From Klebsiella phage EI: a stretch of DNA of 64,000 nt. Below are positions 20,464 to 29,320 of the stretch, in pieces. Both the position numbers and the translations under genes were made by a program. A model generated the notes under the pieces. The model had not been told where the DNA came from, did no database searches, and saw nothing but the letters and a program-made list of their open reading frames with translations. Numbering within the stretch: position 1 is the first letter of the stretch; the number at the start of each line of letters is the position of its first letter. The stretch lies in the sequence record MN106245.1. The stretch is one strand, 5' to 3'.

Positions 20464-20695
20464 CGTTATCGTCAGAATAACCTACAGGACAGCCTGTAAC
20501 TAATTTTTCCAGATGTGCGTTGATATAGTTGATCTGCAAAGAGTCAACGCCGTTGATAAGACGAAACTCTACAGGACAATATTTATCAATATACTTACGA
20601 ACAGCATCAATAGTAGGTACTTTACCATCGAAGGTATCACTAATGATAGTTTCGATGCCTTTACGTTTTTCGTTCCAGAAGCTTGATACGATCAT
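20411..20695 (-). CDS. Hypothetical protein
   Basis: 94-aa ORF. Confidence 0.35.
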   Translation of the reverse strand: MIVSSFWNEKRKGIETIISDTFDGKVPTIDAVRKYIDKYCPVEFRLINGVDSLQINYINAHLEKLVTGCPVGYSDDNGDNAVMPKEPNKFKTKF

Positions 20696-21168
20696 TTGAA
20701 TTTTACCTCTACAGATGCAGTAGCTTCGATTTTCAGAACCTGAACAACCACTTCAGGAACAGCATTAAGAGCTTGACGTTCAGCGAACTCATAAGCATCT
20801 TTAGAAGTCAAAGGACCTAAAATAGCTTTGGAGTCTTTGTTAACGGTAAGAACGTAATAATCGGCTTCTTCAGAAGGAGCCACCACAGGATCTGTCTCAA
20901 TCAAATGGAACCCGGGAATAGCACTATTGTACGCGGTATCTAAGAAGATACACCAGTACTCGGAAAGCTCACCTTCGTAGGCTCGAAGGACTTTGCCACC
21001 TGGGATCTCAATAGCTAGAATGTTACCGCCTTCATCAGAATCCAAAACCTTGAATGGTAAATTAGTAGGATTACAGTCAACAAAAACTTCATCTATTTTG
21101 CTATAACGACCTAAGTATTCATTGAACTTCTCTGTAGACACTTTAAATGTTTTACCAGTAACGCTCAT
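20692..21168 (-). CDS. Hypothetical protein (30.7-like)
   Basis: Start moved to the internal ATG (MSVTGKTFKV) preceded by GAGGAAATCACT. The longer form would run through the UUCG hairpin at 21185. Confidence 0.45.
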   Translation of the reverse strand: MSVTGKTFKVSTEKFNEYLGRYSKIDEVFVDCNPTNLPFKVLDSDEGGNILAIEIPGGKVLRAYEGELSEYWCIFLDTAYNSAIPGFHLIETDPVVAPSEEADYYVLTVNKDSKAILGPLTSKDAYEFAERQALNAVPEVVVQVLKIEATASVEVKFK

Positions 21169-21184
21169 AGTGATTTCCTCAAAG

Positions 21185-21202
21185 ATGGGGCCGAAGCCCC
21201 AT
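21185..21202 (-). terminator. C(UUCG)G tetraloop hairpin
   Basis: atGGGGCcgaaGCCCCat. Confidence 0.55.
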
Positions 21203-21379
21203 TCAATTAACCGATAAAGGTCCAATGAGTTAAATCAATAAGACCTTTAGCTTTCATTTTTTCAATCAGGTCATCAGCCACTTGACGACCGTTTTTGTAA
21301 TACGTTACATCTTCTGAGTAACCGTCTTCATCTTCGTAAGTCACGGAAATGATTTTACCAACAACAATGGTTTTCAAAA

Positions 21380-21571
21380 CTACTCTTCACCAGTGAAGAA
21401 ATTAGTCAAACGAATTTTCCATGAGAAATCATCTGAAGGGCCTTCAGGAGTCATACAGTAAACCAGTTCGAATTGCTCTTTGCTAAGCATCCACTGGGCT
21501 TCGTGAACTACTTGGGCTTTATAGCCGTCATGGTCTTTACACTTAACAGTAGCATTCAGATTGATTTTCAT
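21380..21571 (-). CDS. Hypothetical protein
   Basis: 63-aa ORF. Confidence 0.4.
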   Translation of the reverse strand: MKINLNATVKCKDHDGYKAQVVHEAQWMLSKEQFELVYCMTPEGPSDDFSWKIRLTNFFTGEE

Positions 21572-21675
21572 TTTATTCTCCGGTTTGTCGGTGTAAGAGT
21601 ACTATACCACAACCTAAAGGTGATGTAAACACCGCTACTAAAACAAAAAAGGGACTCCCGTAGGAGTCCCTAAAC

Positions 21676-21858
21676 TTATGCCTTCGGCTTACCAAAACGA
21701 GAAGCATCATCGCGAAGAACCGCACGAGCCCGACGCATGATTTTCTCAACCGTCTGATTGATACGCTTGTTCGACGCACGCTTGTAGCCAGCGCGTTTAG
21801 AGGTACCAACAACTTCTTTTACTGCAGTTTTTGCTTTTGCTTTTGCTTGTTTAGCCAT
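21676..21858 (-). CDS. Small basic Lys/Ala-rich protein (30.9-like)
   Basis: Trimmed to the ATG GCT start (MAKQAKAKAKTAVKEV...) with GGAAGA upstream. Confidence 0.45.
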   Translation of the reverse strand: MAKQAKAKAKTAVKEVVGTSKRAGYKRASNKRINQTVEKIMRRARAVLRDDASRFGKPKA

Positions 21859-22227
21859 TATAAAGTCTTCCATTTTGGAGAAATACATGGGAGCACGTTC
21901 TTCCGAGGTTCAACTTCTTTCGACAGTTCTTTCGGTTGTAGCTCCCGCAAGCCCTCAAGGGGCAACGTTTAAACTCTTATCTGTTGCACACCGTTAGCTT
22001 AAAGGTTCCGGGTCCGATTTATCGGGGATAAGATATACACCGATGGATGTATAGGCCTTGAGGCGTACTCCCGATTGGCCATCGCCTCGGGGTAGCATGC
22101 ACTTGCCGTTTATTTTCTAGCTGCACTTTGGTAGCAAATCACCGTTGGTTTCGGGTGTTTTACGTGGGGATAACCAACAACGTCCACATCATACGTTACC
22201 CATGCGTACACATGGTGGGCGTACAAA

Positions 22228-22476
22228 TTACTTCAGCGTCACCACAAAGTGGCGAACAGCTTTATGAGCCTTAGCACACAGAGGCTTAGCATATTTCAGT
22301 TCATCTTTAGCAGCTAGTTCAGCTTCAAGAGCTTTCTGGGCCGGATTTAGATGTTTGAAGTAACCAAGCAGATCAAGCATTGCTGCTTCGACGTCGATGG
22401 AGGCACCGTAGTTCTCGTGGCCATTGTTCCAGGATTGACGCTGGATGTCAAGTACAAATTTGATAGTATCTTTCAT
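22228..22476 (-). CDS. rIII: rIII lysis-inhibition accessory protein
   Basis: 82 aa, the same length and position as T4 rIII, upstream of gene 31. Confidence 0.7.
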   Translation of the reverse strand: MKDTIKFVLDIQRQSWNNGHENYGASIDVEAAMLDLLGYFKHLNPAQKALEAELAAKDELKYAKPLCAKAHKAVRHFVVTLK

Positions 22477-22581
22477 TATAGAACCTCAAGTGAGGTGGAT
22501 AAAAGGTGGAACCTTAAGACTCATTTAGCTTAACGCATCTCCACCACATAGAAGAGTCATCTCTTCATACTTTTATTTATA

Positions 22582-22911
22582 TCACTTATAAACACACGTC
22601 AAATTTTTATAGTGTACAGTGACGAATTTCTGCTTAATATCTTTGGCTTTAGCTATACCAGCAGCAACCAAAGGATGGGTTACGTGTTTAATACTACCTA
22701 AAGGAGTAGGGGTCAGATCACCGACTTCAACGAACCCTTTAGGAACATCTTCACCGATAGAATAGATTTCACATAGTTCAGGAACTTCGCCTTGAGAGCG
22801 GCGTTGTTCAATGATAATACCGCCAGCAGAAACTTCTGGCTCGCCAGCCTGGGCAGGTTCAGACACTAAAATAACATACTCACCAAGAGCACGAATTGGT
22901 AAATCAGTCAT
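22582..22911 (-). CDS. 31: Co-chaperonin gp31 (GroES analogue)
   Basis: Matches T4 gp31 ([52 protein letters not shown]). Confidence 0.9.
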   Translation of the reverse strand: MTDLPIRALGEYVILVSEPAQAGEPEVSAGGIIIEQRRSQGEVPELCEIYSIGEDVPKGFVEVGDLTPTPLGSIKHVTHPLVAAGIAKAKDIKQKFVTVHYKNLTCVYK

Positions 22912-22975
22912 AGTTATCTCTTTTGTTGTTAGGATAGAATAATAATATCAAAACATTCTTAAAGCATATAACAGA

Positions 22976-23299
22976 TTAGCCAACAAATTGGAGTAAATGC
23001 TCTGCTTTCATACCGTTAACAGAGATCAGTTTGTCGATGCTGAATCCACGCCATTGTTTTAATTCGGTATCAAACAGAGGAACCATATCGGTGGATTCTT
23101 TACGTGGCTTAGAAGGATTCACATAACTTTCATAGATCTCAGCGCCAACTAGAGAAGAAACTACATCTTTATCACGGGTACCTTTCATAGTACGAATAGT
23201 GCCGTCTGCTTTTTCGAAAACTATATCTGATACGCCCATAGATAGTTTGACTTTCAGAACTTCACGCAGAGCAATTTTTTGGTCAGTAGTTAATTTCAT
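22976..23299 (-). CDS. Hypothetical protein (31.1-like)
   Basis: 107-aa ORF, by synteny. Confidence 0.4.
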   Translation of the reverse strand: MKLTTDQKIALREVLKVKLSMGVSDIVFEKADGTIRTMKGTRDKDVVSSLVGAEIYESYVNPSKPRKESTDMVPLFDTELKQWRGFSIDKLISVNGMKAEHLLQFVG

Positions 23300-23631
23300 A
23301 CTTCTACCTTAATAAAGTTAAAGCGAACAGTGTATGCAGGTTTACCTTCAATTTCAGTAAAGTCTTTTACTTCACGTAGATAAACTACATCCGGATTAAA
23401 TTTCACGATCTCAGAAACCAGGTGATCCAGATCCTGGGCCTTGAAAGATGCAATATCAACTTTGTAACGCTCACCACGTTTTATAGTTTGTACAGAAAAC
23501 GAAGGAGCGCCGATAACAATTACATTAATACCAGCGGCTTTAAGCATAGATGCAAATTCTTCAGTTGCATCCACAGGCTCTGGCATGGGCGGATTAATAT
23601 TTACGACAGAGTCGAATTCGTTAAGATTCAT
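23296..23631 (-). CDS. Hypothetical protein (31.2-like)
   Basis: 111-aa ORF; ATGA coupling to cd. Confidence 0.4.
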   Translation of the reverse strand: MNLNEFDSVVNINPPMPEPVDATEEFASMLKAAGINVIVIGAPSFSVQTIKRGERYKVDIASFKAQDLDHLVSEIVKFNPDVVYLREVKDFTEIEGKPAYTVRFNFIKVEV

Positions 23632-24191
23632 TATTCACCACAAAAATTACGAATCTGTTCCCAGTTCAGAGAGTTAAGATTCTTACGGTTATATTCAATA
23701 ACTTCAATTCCGGCTTCAACTAGAATATCGGCCCAGTCATCAGGAGAGCGATCATAGCGCTCTGCATAAACAACTTTTTTAATACCTGACTGAGAAATAG
23801 CTTTAGTACAATCAGGGCAAGGAGACGCGGTGCAATACAGCGTAGAGCCTTCAATTGAAGAACCTTTACGGGCCGCGAACAAAATAGCGTTCAGTTCGGC
23901 ATGGATTTCATTTTTAGAAGACCATTCACTATGTGCAGGTCTGTGTTCTTTAGCCAAAACCACTCGGCCACCTTTACCTGAAATTCGCCCAGACCCAGAA
24001 TTAGGAATAAACCTGGTCCAACCTTGCTGTGCAGCATGGTCACAACAGTTAGTTCCACCAGCCGGAGAACCGTTATACCCTGTAGAAATGATGCGACCAT
24101 CTTTTTCGATAACCGCACCTACTTTCCAAGAGCAACACTTTGATTCTTGGGAAATCAGATACGCGATTTGAAGATACGTAGCAGCCCTCAT
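23631..24191 (-). CDS. cd: dCMP deaminase
   Basis: Cytidine/dCMP deaminase zinc motifs H(A)E...PCxxC (HAELNAILFAA, SPCPDCTKAI) and an allosteric-site region. 186 aa. Confidence 0.9.
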   Translation of the reverse strand: MRAATYLQIAYLISQESKCCSWKVGAVIEKDGRIISTGYNGSPAGGTNCCDHAAQQGWTRFIPNSGSGRISGKGGRVVLAKEHRPAHSEWSSKNEIHAELNAILFAARKGSSIEGSTLYCTASPCPDCTKAISQSGIKKVVYAERYDRSPDDWADILVEAGIEVIEYNRKNLNSLNWEQIRNFCGE

Positions 24192-24194
24192 TTT

Positions 24195-24416
24195 TTATTT
24201 CCTCAGTTTACAATTATCATAGTGCCATCGAACGGCAGTAGCTTTATTACATATTTTACCACAATGCGGGCAAGGAGGAACTTTAGCTTTAGGAACACCT
24301 TTTAATTTTTCAGAGATGGCAGCTTTTTGACTCTCAGAATTCGGTATTCCTGTCCGTGTAGCACATTTGGCTCTAAGAACTGGATTCTTCATTCTATCTC
24401 TTTGAGCTTTTGCCAT
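24195..24416 (-). CDS. NUMOD3 + Cys4 zinc-finger DNA-binding module (C-terminal part of the adjacent HNH homing endonuclease, separate frame)
   Basis: Contains NUMOD3-like repeats (GIPNSESQKAAISEKLKG) and CPHCGK...WHYDNCK. The same finger type appears at the C-terminus of the nrdB-intron endonuclease. Confidence 0.55.
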   Translation of the reverse strand: MAKAQRDRMKNPVLRAKCATRTGIPNSESQKAAISEKLKGVPKAKVPPCPHCGKICNKATAVRWHYDNCKLRK

Positions 24417-24451
24417 TTTGGCTTTAGTCTCTTCAGAACGAGGAACTCCTT

Positions 24452-24763
24452 TTAATTTTCGGATAAAAGCTTTTTAGCTAAAGTGTAATCTCTAGAAGAG
24501 ACTTTGTATCTTTCAACCCCGTGCTCATTTATCCTAGAATTGCACATCATTAAAAAGGCATAAATCATCGGCCCTTCATAAATTTTAGCTAATAATTTGT
24601 GAGCTAAAAAGTGTTCTCTTCCTGTTAAATCGACTATGTTGGATTTGTCGTCAGAACCTCCCATAGACTTAGGGAGTATATGATGAGATTCTGTATACCC
24701 AGAAACTTCTTTTCTGAGTGAGGCCTTTGCCATTAAGGCCTCATAAGCTTTTCTATAGTCCAT
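24452..24763 (-). CDS. HNH homing endonuclease, catalytic domain
   Basis: ESHHILPKSMGGSDDKSNIVDLTGREHFLAH is an H-N-H motif. It overlaps the DAHP synthase stop by 11 nt. It ends at TAA just after an in-phase AAA-AAG, and the -1 frame continues into the ORF at 24195..24416. Confidence 0.7.
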   Translation of the reverse strand: MDYRKAYEALMAKASLRKEVSGYTESHHILPKSMGGSDDKSNIVDLTGREHFLAHKLLAKIYEGPMIYAFLMMCNSRINEHGVERYKVSSRDYTLAKKLLSEN

Positions 24764-25742
24764 TCAGATTACGGAGAACCATTTCAGTGGTTTCCCAGCC
24801 AATACACGGGTCAGTAATTGACACGCCATATTCAAGGTCTGTAGAAATCTTTTGATTACCTTGTTTAAGATTAGATTCTAACATAATTCCTCGAACGTTA
24901 GCCAATTCTGCTGCTTCAGCACAAACTGCAACCTGGTTCAAGAAAGAACCTTGGGCGTTAGCATGAGAGCAATCAACCATCAAGTATTGGTTAACGCCTG
25001 CCTTCTGTGCCTGGGCGATAGCATCAAAGACTGATTCTTTATCGTAGTTAGTTCCTTCGGAACCGCCACGCAGAACAATATGAGTGCTCTTGTTACCTGG
25101 TGCTGAGACGATACCGACTACACCGTTTTGGTCCATACCCATATAGTGGTGTGGGAACGCAGCCGATTGCATAGCGTCAGTAGCAACCTTAATAGAGCCA
25201 TTTGTCCCGTTCTTAAAACCGACAGTCATTGGCAGACCTGAAGCAATTTCACGATGAGTCTGTGATTCGGTAGTGCGAGCACCGATTGCAACCCAAGAGA
25301 AAATACCAGACAGATATTTGATAGTGAACGGATCAAGAACTTCTGTTGCCAGTGGTAAACCCATTCGCAAAAGCTTGCGACATAAGGTGCGAGCAATACC
25401 CAGCCCAGTATTAATTTCAAATGAACCATCTAAGAACGGGTCATTGATAAGACCTTTCCAACCGACAGTTGTACGAGGTTTTTCAAAATAAACACGCATA
25501 CAAAGCAGAAGATTAGGAAGTTCTTTTTGGAGTTCAGCCAGGCGCTCGCCATAATCAACTGCAGCAACTACGTCATGGATTGAACAAGGCCCTACTACAA
25601 CCAGACGGCGTTTATCGCGCCCAGTCATAATCTTATCGATTTCTTGGCGGTGTAAACTGACTTGATTTTGCAGCTCTGGAGAAATCCTACAACGACGCTC
25701 AAGTTCAGCCGGGCTTATCATTCTTTCAATTAAAGGTCTCAT
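24753..25742 (-). CDS. aroF: 3-deoxy-D-arabino-heptulosonate-7-phosphate (DAHP) synthase, class I-alpha (AroF/AroG-like)
   Basis: Near-collinear with E. coli AroF/AroG (RLLVVVGPCSIHD, MRVYFEKPRTTVGWKGLINDP, AIGARTTESQTHRE.ASGL, VGFKNGT.G, IVLRGG, DCSHANA, DPCIGWE). Good AAGGAA RBS. Confidence 0.9.
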   Translation of the reverse strand: MRPLIERMISPAELERRCRISPELQNQVSLHRQEIDKIMTGRDKRRLVVVGPCSIHDVVAAVDYGERLAELQKELPNLLLCMRVYFEKPRTTVGWKGLINDPFLDGSFEINTGLGIARTLCRKLLRMGLPLATEVLDPFTIKYLSGIFSWVAIGARTTESQTHREIASGLPMTVGFKNGTNGSIKVATDAMQSAAFPHHYMGMDQNGVVGIVSAPGNKSTHIVLRGGSEGTNYDKESVFDAIAQAQKAGVNQYLMVDCSHANAQGSFLNQVAVCAEAAELANVRGIMLESNLKQGNQKISTDLEYGVSITDPCIGWETTEMVLRNLNGL

Positions 25743-25771
25743 ATGGTTCCTTACTTACATTATTCTCCAGT

Positions 25772-25787
25772 AAGAGCCGAAGCCCTT
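25772..25787 (-). terminator. UUCG tetraloop hairpin (with G-U wobble) upstream of aroF
   Basis: The minus strand reads AAGGGC-UUCG-GCUCUU. Confidence 0.4.
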
Positions 25788-26022
25788 AGAAAGCATATAC
25801 TGAGGTAGATTGAATATGACTATTAGGCAATAGCTCAATCAAGTAGTACTCTGACTTGAAACCTTTAACGGTAAATAGATAAGACGCAGGTGTTTCCTGC
25901 GTCACATTTAGCTTTGCGCTTGGGTTACGTTCAGATATCTTATTAATCAAAGATTGAGCAAACTTAGGAATTAGCTCGGCAAACTCTGAAGTTGTGAAGG
26001 TCTTATCACTGTACATAAACAT
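25786..26022 (-). CDS. Hypothetical protein (cd.x-like)
   Basis: 78-aa ORF. Confidence 0.35.
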   Translation of the reverse strand: MFMYSDKTFTTSEFAELIPKFAQSLINKISERNPSAKLNVTQETPASYLFTVKGFKSEYYLIELLPNSHIQSTSVYAF

Positions 26023-26284
26023 TAACCTCTTGGGTGCCGAAAATGCCTGTTACTTCAACAGTGAATCCACCACCGCCTTCAAAGACAATTTCGACAACTG
26101 CCTGAAGGCCAATGCTATTTACTTCGAGAGATACTTTACCATGATTTGGAATAAGCGTATTAATAGCACTTGTGAAATCCGCGTGCATTTTAGCTTTCAA
26201 GGAGTTGTCAAGAGTATCAGCACAGTAATTACCAACAATCTGCAATGCAACTACTTTAACTACTTCAGAATATTTAGGGAACAT
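26006..26284 (-). CDS. Hypothetical protein (cd.x-like)
   Basis: 92-aa ORF. Confidence 0.4.
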   Translation of the reverse strand: MFPKYSEVVKVVALQIVGNYCADTLDNSLKAKMHADFTSAINTLIPNHGKVSLEVNSIGLQAVVEIVFEGGGGFTVEVTGIFGTQEVNVYVQ

Positions 26285-26293
26285 AGCTTTTCC

Positions 26294-26509
26294 TTAATGA
26301 ACGGTGTGTACTTTAACATTAACAACGAAATGCGTATTAACATTAGAAAGAGGTAAAAACTCAACGTGGTACTCATCTTTGTAACGAGTGTTCAGGTCTG
26401 TACGAATACGCGCCAGTTCATTAATCAAAGCTGGGGTCACGCCCATTCCAACACATTTCCGAAGCATTTTGTAAGCTTCTTCTTCAACTTCATGATGCTT
26501 ATTGTACAT
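26294..26509 (-). CDS. Hypothetical protein (cd.x-like)
   Basis: 71-aa ORF. Confidence 0.4.
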   Translation of the reverse strand: MYNKHHEVEEEAYKMLRKCVGMGVTPALINELARIRTDLNTRYKDEYHVEFLPLSNVNTHFVVNVKVHTVH

Positions 26510-26667
26510 ATCATTTTCCTCAAGTACAAGTAGACTGGAAGTACATCATATCATGCCTTCCAGCCGTTGTAAACAGCTAGAAATCTTTCCACTTTCGGCC
26601 TTGCTGCCAGTCTGGGTGATTCAATCTTGGGTCATTAGGATCTGTGGTAGAAGACTTCTCTCCGGTT

Positions 26668-27262
26668 CTAGAAATGAGCCATTTTTCTAGATTTAGCAAT
26701 TTCAGAATATTTCTTTTTAGCTTCATCAGTTCTTATTTTACCTGTGTTGGCTTCAGAGATTCTAGCGCTCCACTGCTTAATAGCAGATTCACTCATAAAA
26801 TCTTTTACATTTTTACCGAACATAGGGTTAGAAGAACCTTCAAAGGACCCACCTCGTTCTAATCTAGTATCTCTGGATTTTAGCCCATGCCCCGGAAGTT
26901 TTTTACCTTTTATCCAGGGTTCTGCACCTGAAGCGTATCGAGCCCTTTTGGCTTTTTGATATTTTACGAGAAGTTTCTTCACTAGAATTGTTGTTAAGCC
27001 CGTTATCGTTAATAAAATCCCAGCCGCCTTCTCCACCAGGCTTTAAGTTGTAGTTAGTATCTAAGCTAACAAACTGCTCGGTTACTAAGTCTTTTTCAAG
27101 AGAATAAGCTTCTTCTTTCGTATCGAAGATTGCTAAAATCTCTTTAACAAAGGAAGATTTACCGTACTTGGCTTCAGCATTCTTAAATGCTGTCCCAGAC
27201 CCTAAATAAGAATCGTTCTCTTCTAATGTCTTGTGAACACCGATGTAAATTTTGTTATTCAC
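26668..27262 (-). pseudogene. GIY-YIG (Seg-like) homing endonuclease split into two overlapping frames
   Basis: The N-terminal ORF (27262..26903) has GIY-YIG-like KIYIGVH...YLGSG and a NUMOD3 motif (SSEETSRKISKSQKG). The C-terminal ORF (27036..26668) is in the +1 frame and carries further NUMOD-like repeats (NPMFGKN, SESAIKQWSARISEANTGK). The overlap runs through A5/A4/G3 homopolymers. Confidence 0.55.
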
Positions 27263-27353
27263 AAAGACATGTTGTTTTATATACCGTATGTTTTTCCATA
27301 AACACCTCTAATGTTATAAAGGTATTTATTAAGTAAACTACGGTGATTTCTAA

Positions 27354-28268
<915 letters not shown>

Positions 28269-28425
28269 CTAAACATATTTTTAATAATGGTCTTTTGCAC
28301 ATCAATAAGAGATAAATGCCTTTTCTCGCATTCTTGAGAACAGCCTTTCTCTACCAGATCGCACAGTGTAAGCCATAATTTATCATACCTGTTAAGAGCA
28401 AGTAAGAACTGGCGCATATTCTCTG

Positions 28426-28635
28426 TCATTTCACTAACCCGTTTAAAAAGACATGCAACTTATTAGATGCTTCGGTCCAAGCCTGATGTTTATTGGTTCG
28501 ATATTTCTTTAAAGCTGGGAACCGAGAGTATTCATCGTTCAAATCGTGCCGCTCACAAGCTCGACCATAAATAAGGCATTTCATTTCAACTTCGGAAATA
28601 AGACCACGTAGTTCTTCGAGTTGTTCTTTAGTCAT
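28426..28635 (-). CDS. Hypothetical protein (pseT.1-like)
   Basis: Trimmed to the internal ATG (MTKEQLEELRG) with a GAGGAA RBS. The longer form would overlap the UUCG hairpin. Confidence 0.4.
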   Translation of the reverse strand: MTKEQLEELRGLISEVEMKCLIYGRACERHDLNDEYSRFPALKKYRTNKHQAWTEASNKLHVFLNGLVK

Positions 28636-28665
28636 AATAAGTTCCTCAAAAATTTTATCATCCGA

Positions 28666-28683
28666 GTGAGGCCGAAGCCTCAC
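28666..28683 (-). terminator. C(UUCG)G-type tetraloop hairpin
   Basis: gtGAGGCcgaaGCCTCac, overlapping the o-spanin stop. Confidence 0.5.
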
Positions 28684-28973
28684 TGACATTTCGGCTCTTT
28701 TAATGGAGCGCGATAATAACATATCACGTTATTAGATTGTTGTACATACCGAAGGATGTCGTTAGTCCAGATACGGAAATCCTGGAACTCGGTGAACGGC
28801 ATGCCGACCCATTTCTGTCCGTCGATTTCATGCACCTGCCATTCTGCCTGATATTCTTTAATCGGGTCAGGCCAAGTAGCATCTACTCTTGGCGCAGGTT
28901 TCACTTCAGGAATCGCCTGAGAACATCCTACCAGAGCAAGAGATAAACATACAGCTGGTATCATTCTTTTCAT
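28680..28973 (-). CDS. Outer-membrane lipoprotein o-spanin (pseT.2/Rz1 analogue)
   Basis: Signal peptide plus lipobox (MKRMIPAVCLSLALVGC|SQA). 97 aa, immediately downstream of the i-spanin-like gene. Confidence 0.6.
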   Translation of the reverse strand: MKRMIPAVCLSLALVGCSQAIPEVKPAPRVDATWPDPIKEYQAEWQVHEIDGQKWVGMPFTEFQDFRIWTNDILRYVQQSNNVICYYRAPLKEPKCQ

Positions 28974-29320
28974 CTGGTCGCTTCCTGGAGCTCTCTAGCG
29001 AACTCATTAAATGGATCGTTTACTATTTCTTTTACTGCTTTAGGGTCTACTAATTCAGCTTCACGCTTTTTATTAGCGGTCAAGGTTTTATCTTTTGCAT
29101 TACGAGCATCGATAGCAGCCTTGTTCTTTTCTGTAAGAGCTTGGATACCTTGCAGCTGTGTAGCAATAAGATCAATCTGCAGCTGCTGAGCTTTTGCTAC
29201 ACCTTCAGTCTGGGCTACTTGTTCTTTGAGCGTATCTACGCGATAACTCAGGTACTTTGTAGTACCAAATAGACCTGCAATTAGTAGACCGACTATAATG
29301 TAAATTTTTAGTTTAGACAT
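28970..29320 (-). CDS. i-spanin (pseT.3/Rz analogue)
   Basis: N-terminal TM helix (IYIIVGLLIAGLFG) followed by a Q/A/L-rich coiled coil. ATGA-type coupling to the lipoprotein gene. Confidence 0.55.
   Translation of the reverse strand: MSKLKIYIIVGLLIAGLFGTTKYLSYRVDTLKEQVAQTEGVAKAQQLQIDLIATQLQGIQALTEKNKAAIDARNAKDKTLTANKKREAELVDPKAVKEIVNDPFNEFARELQEATR

Noticed and set aside
20692-21225. Long N-terminal extensions of ORF-track ORFs (20692..21225, 28426..28722, 40297..40614, 55010..55306, 55336..55713, 57096..57746, 57803..58468, 58878..60254, 8556..9371, 38886..39512, 42521..42817, 14723..15106).
   Set aside because: The extensions run through UUCG hairpins or promoters, or start at TTG/GTG. 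Internal ATGs with good Shine-Dalgarno sequences and T4-matching N-termini were used instead.
24452-24470. Simple nonsense or pseudogene explanation for the HNH/ZnF split versus programmed frameshifting.
   Set aside because: It is not rejected, only unresolved. It is kept as a finding because the slippery AAA-AAG lies exactly in the 3-codon window where both frames are open, but decay remains equally plausible.
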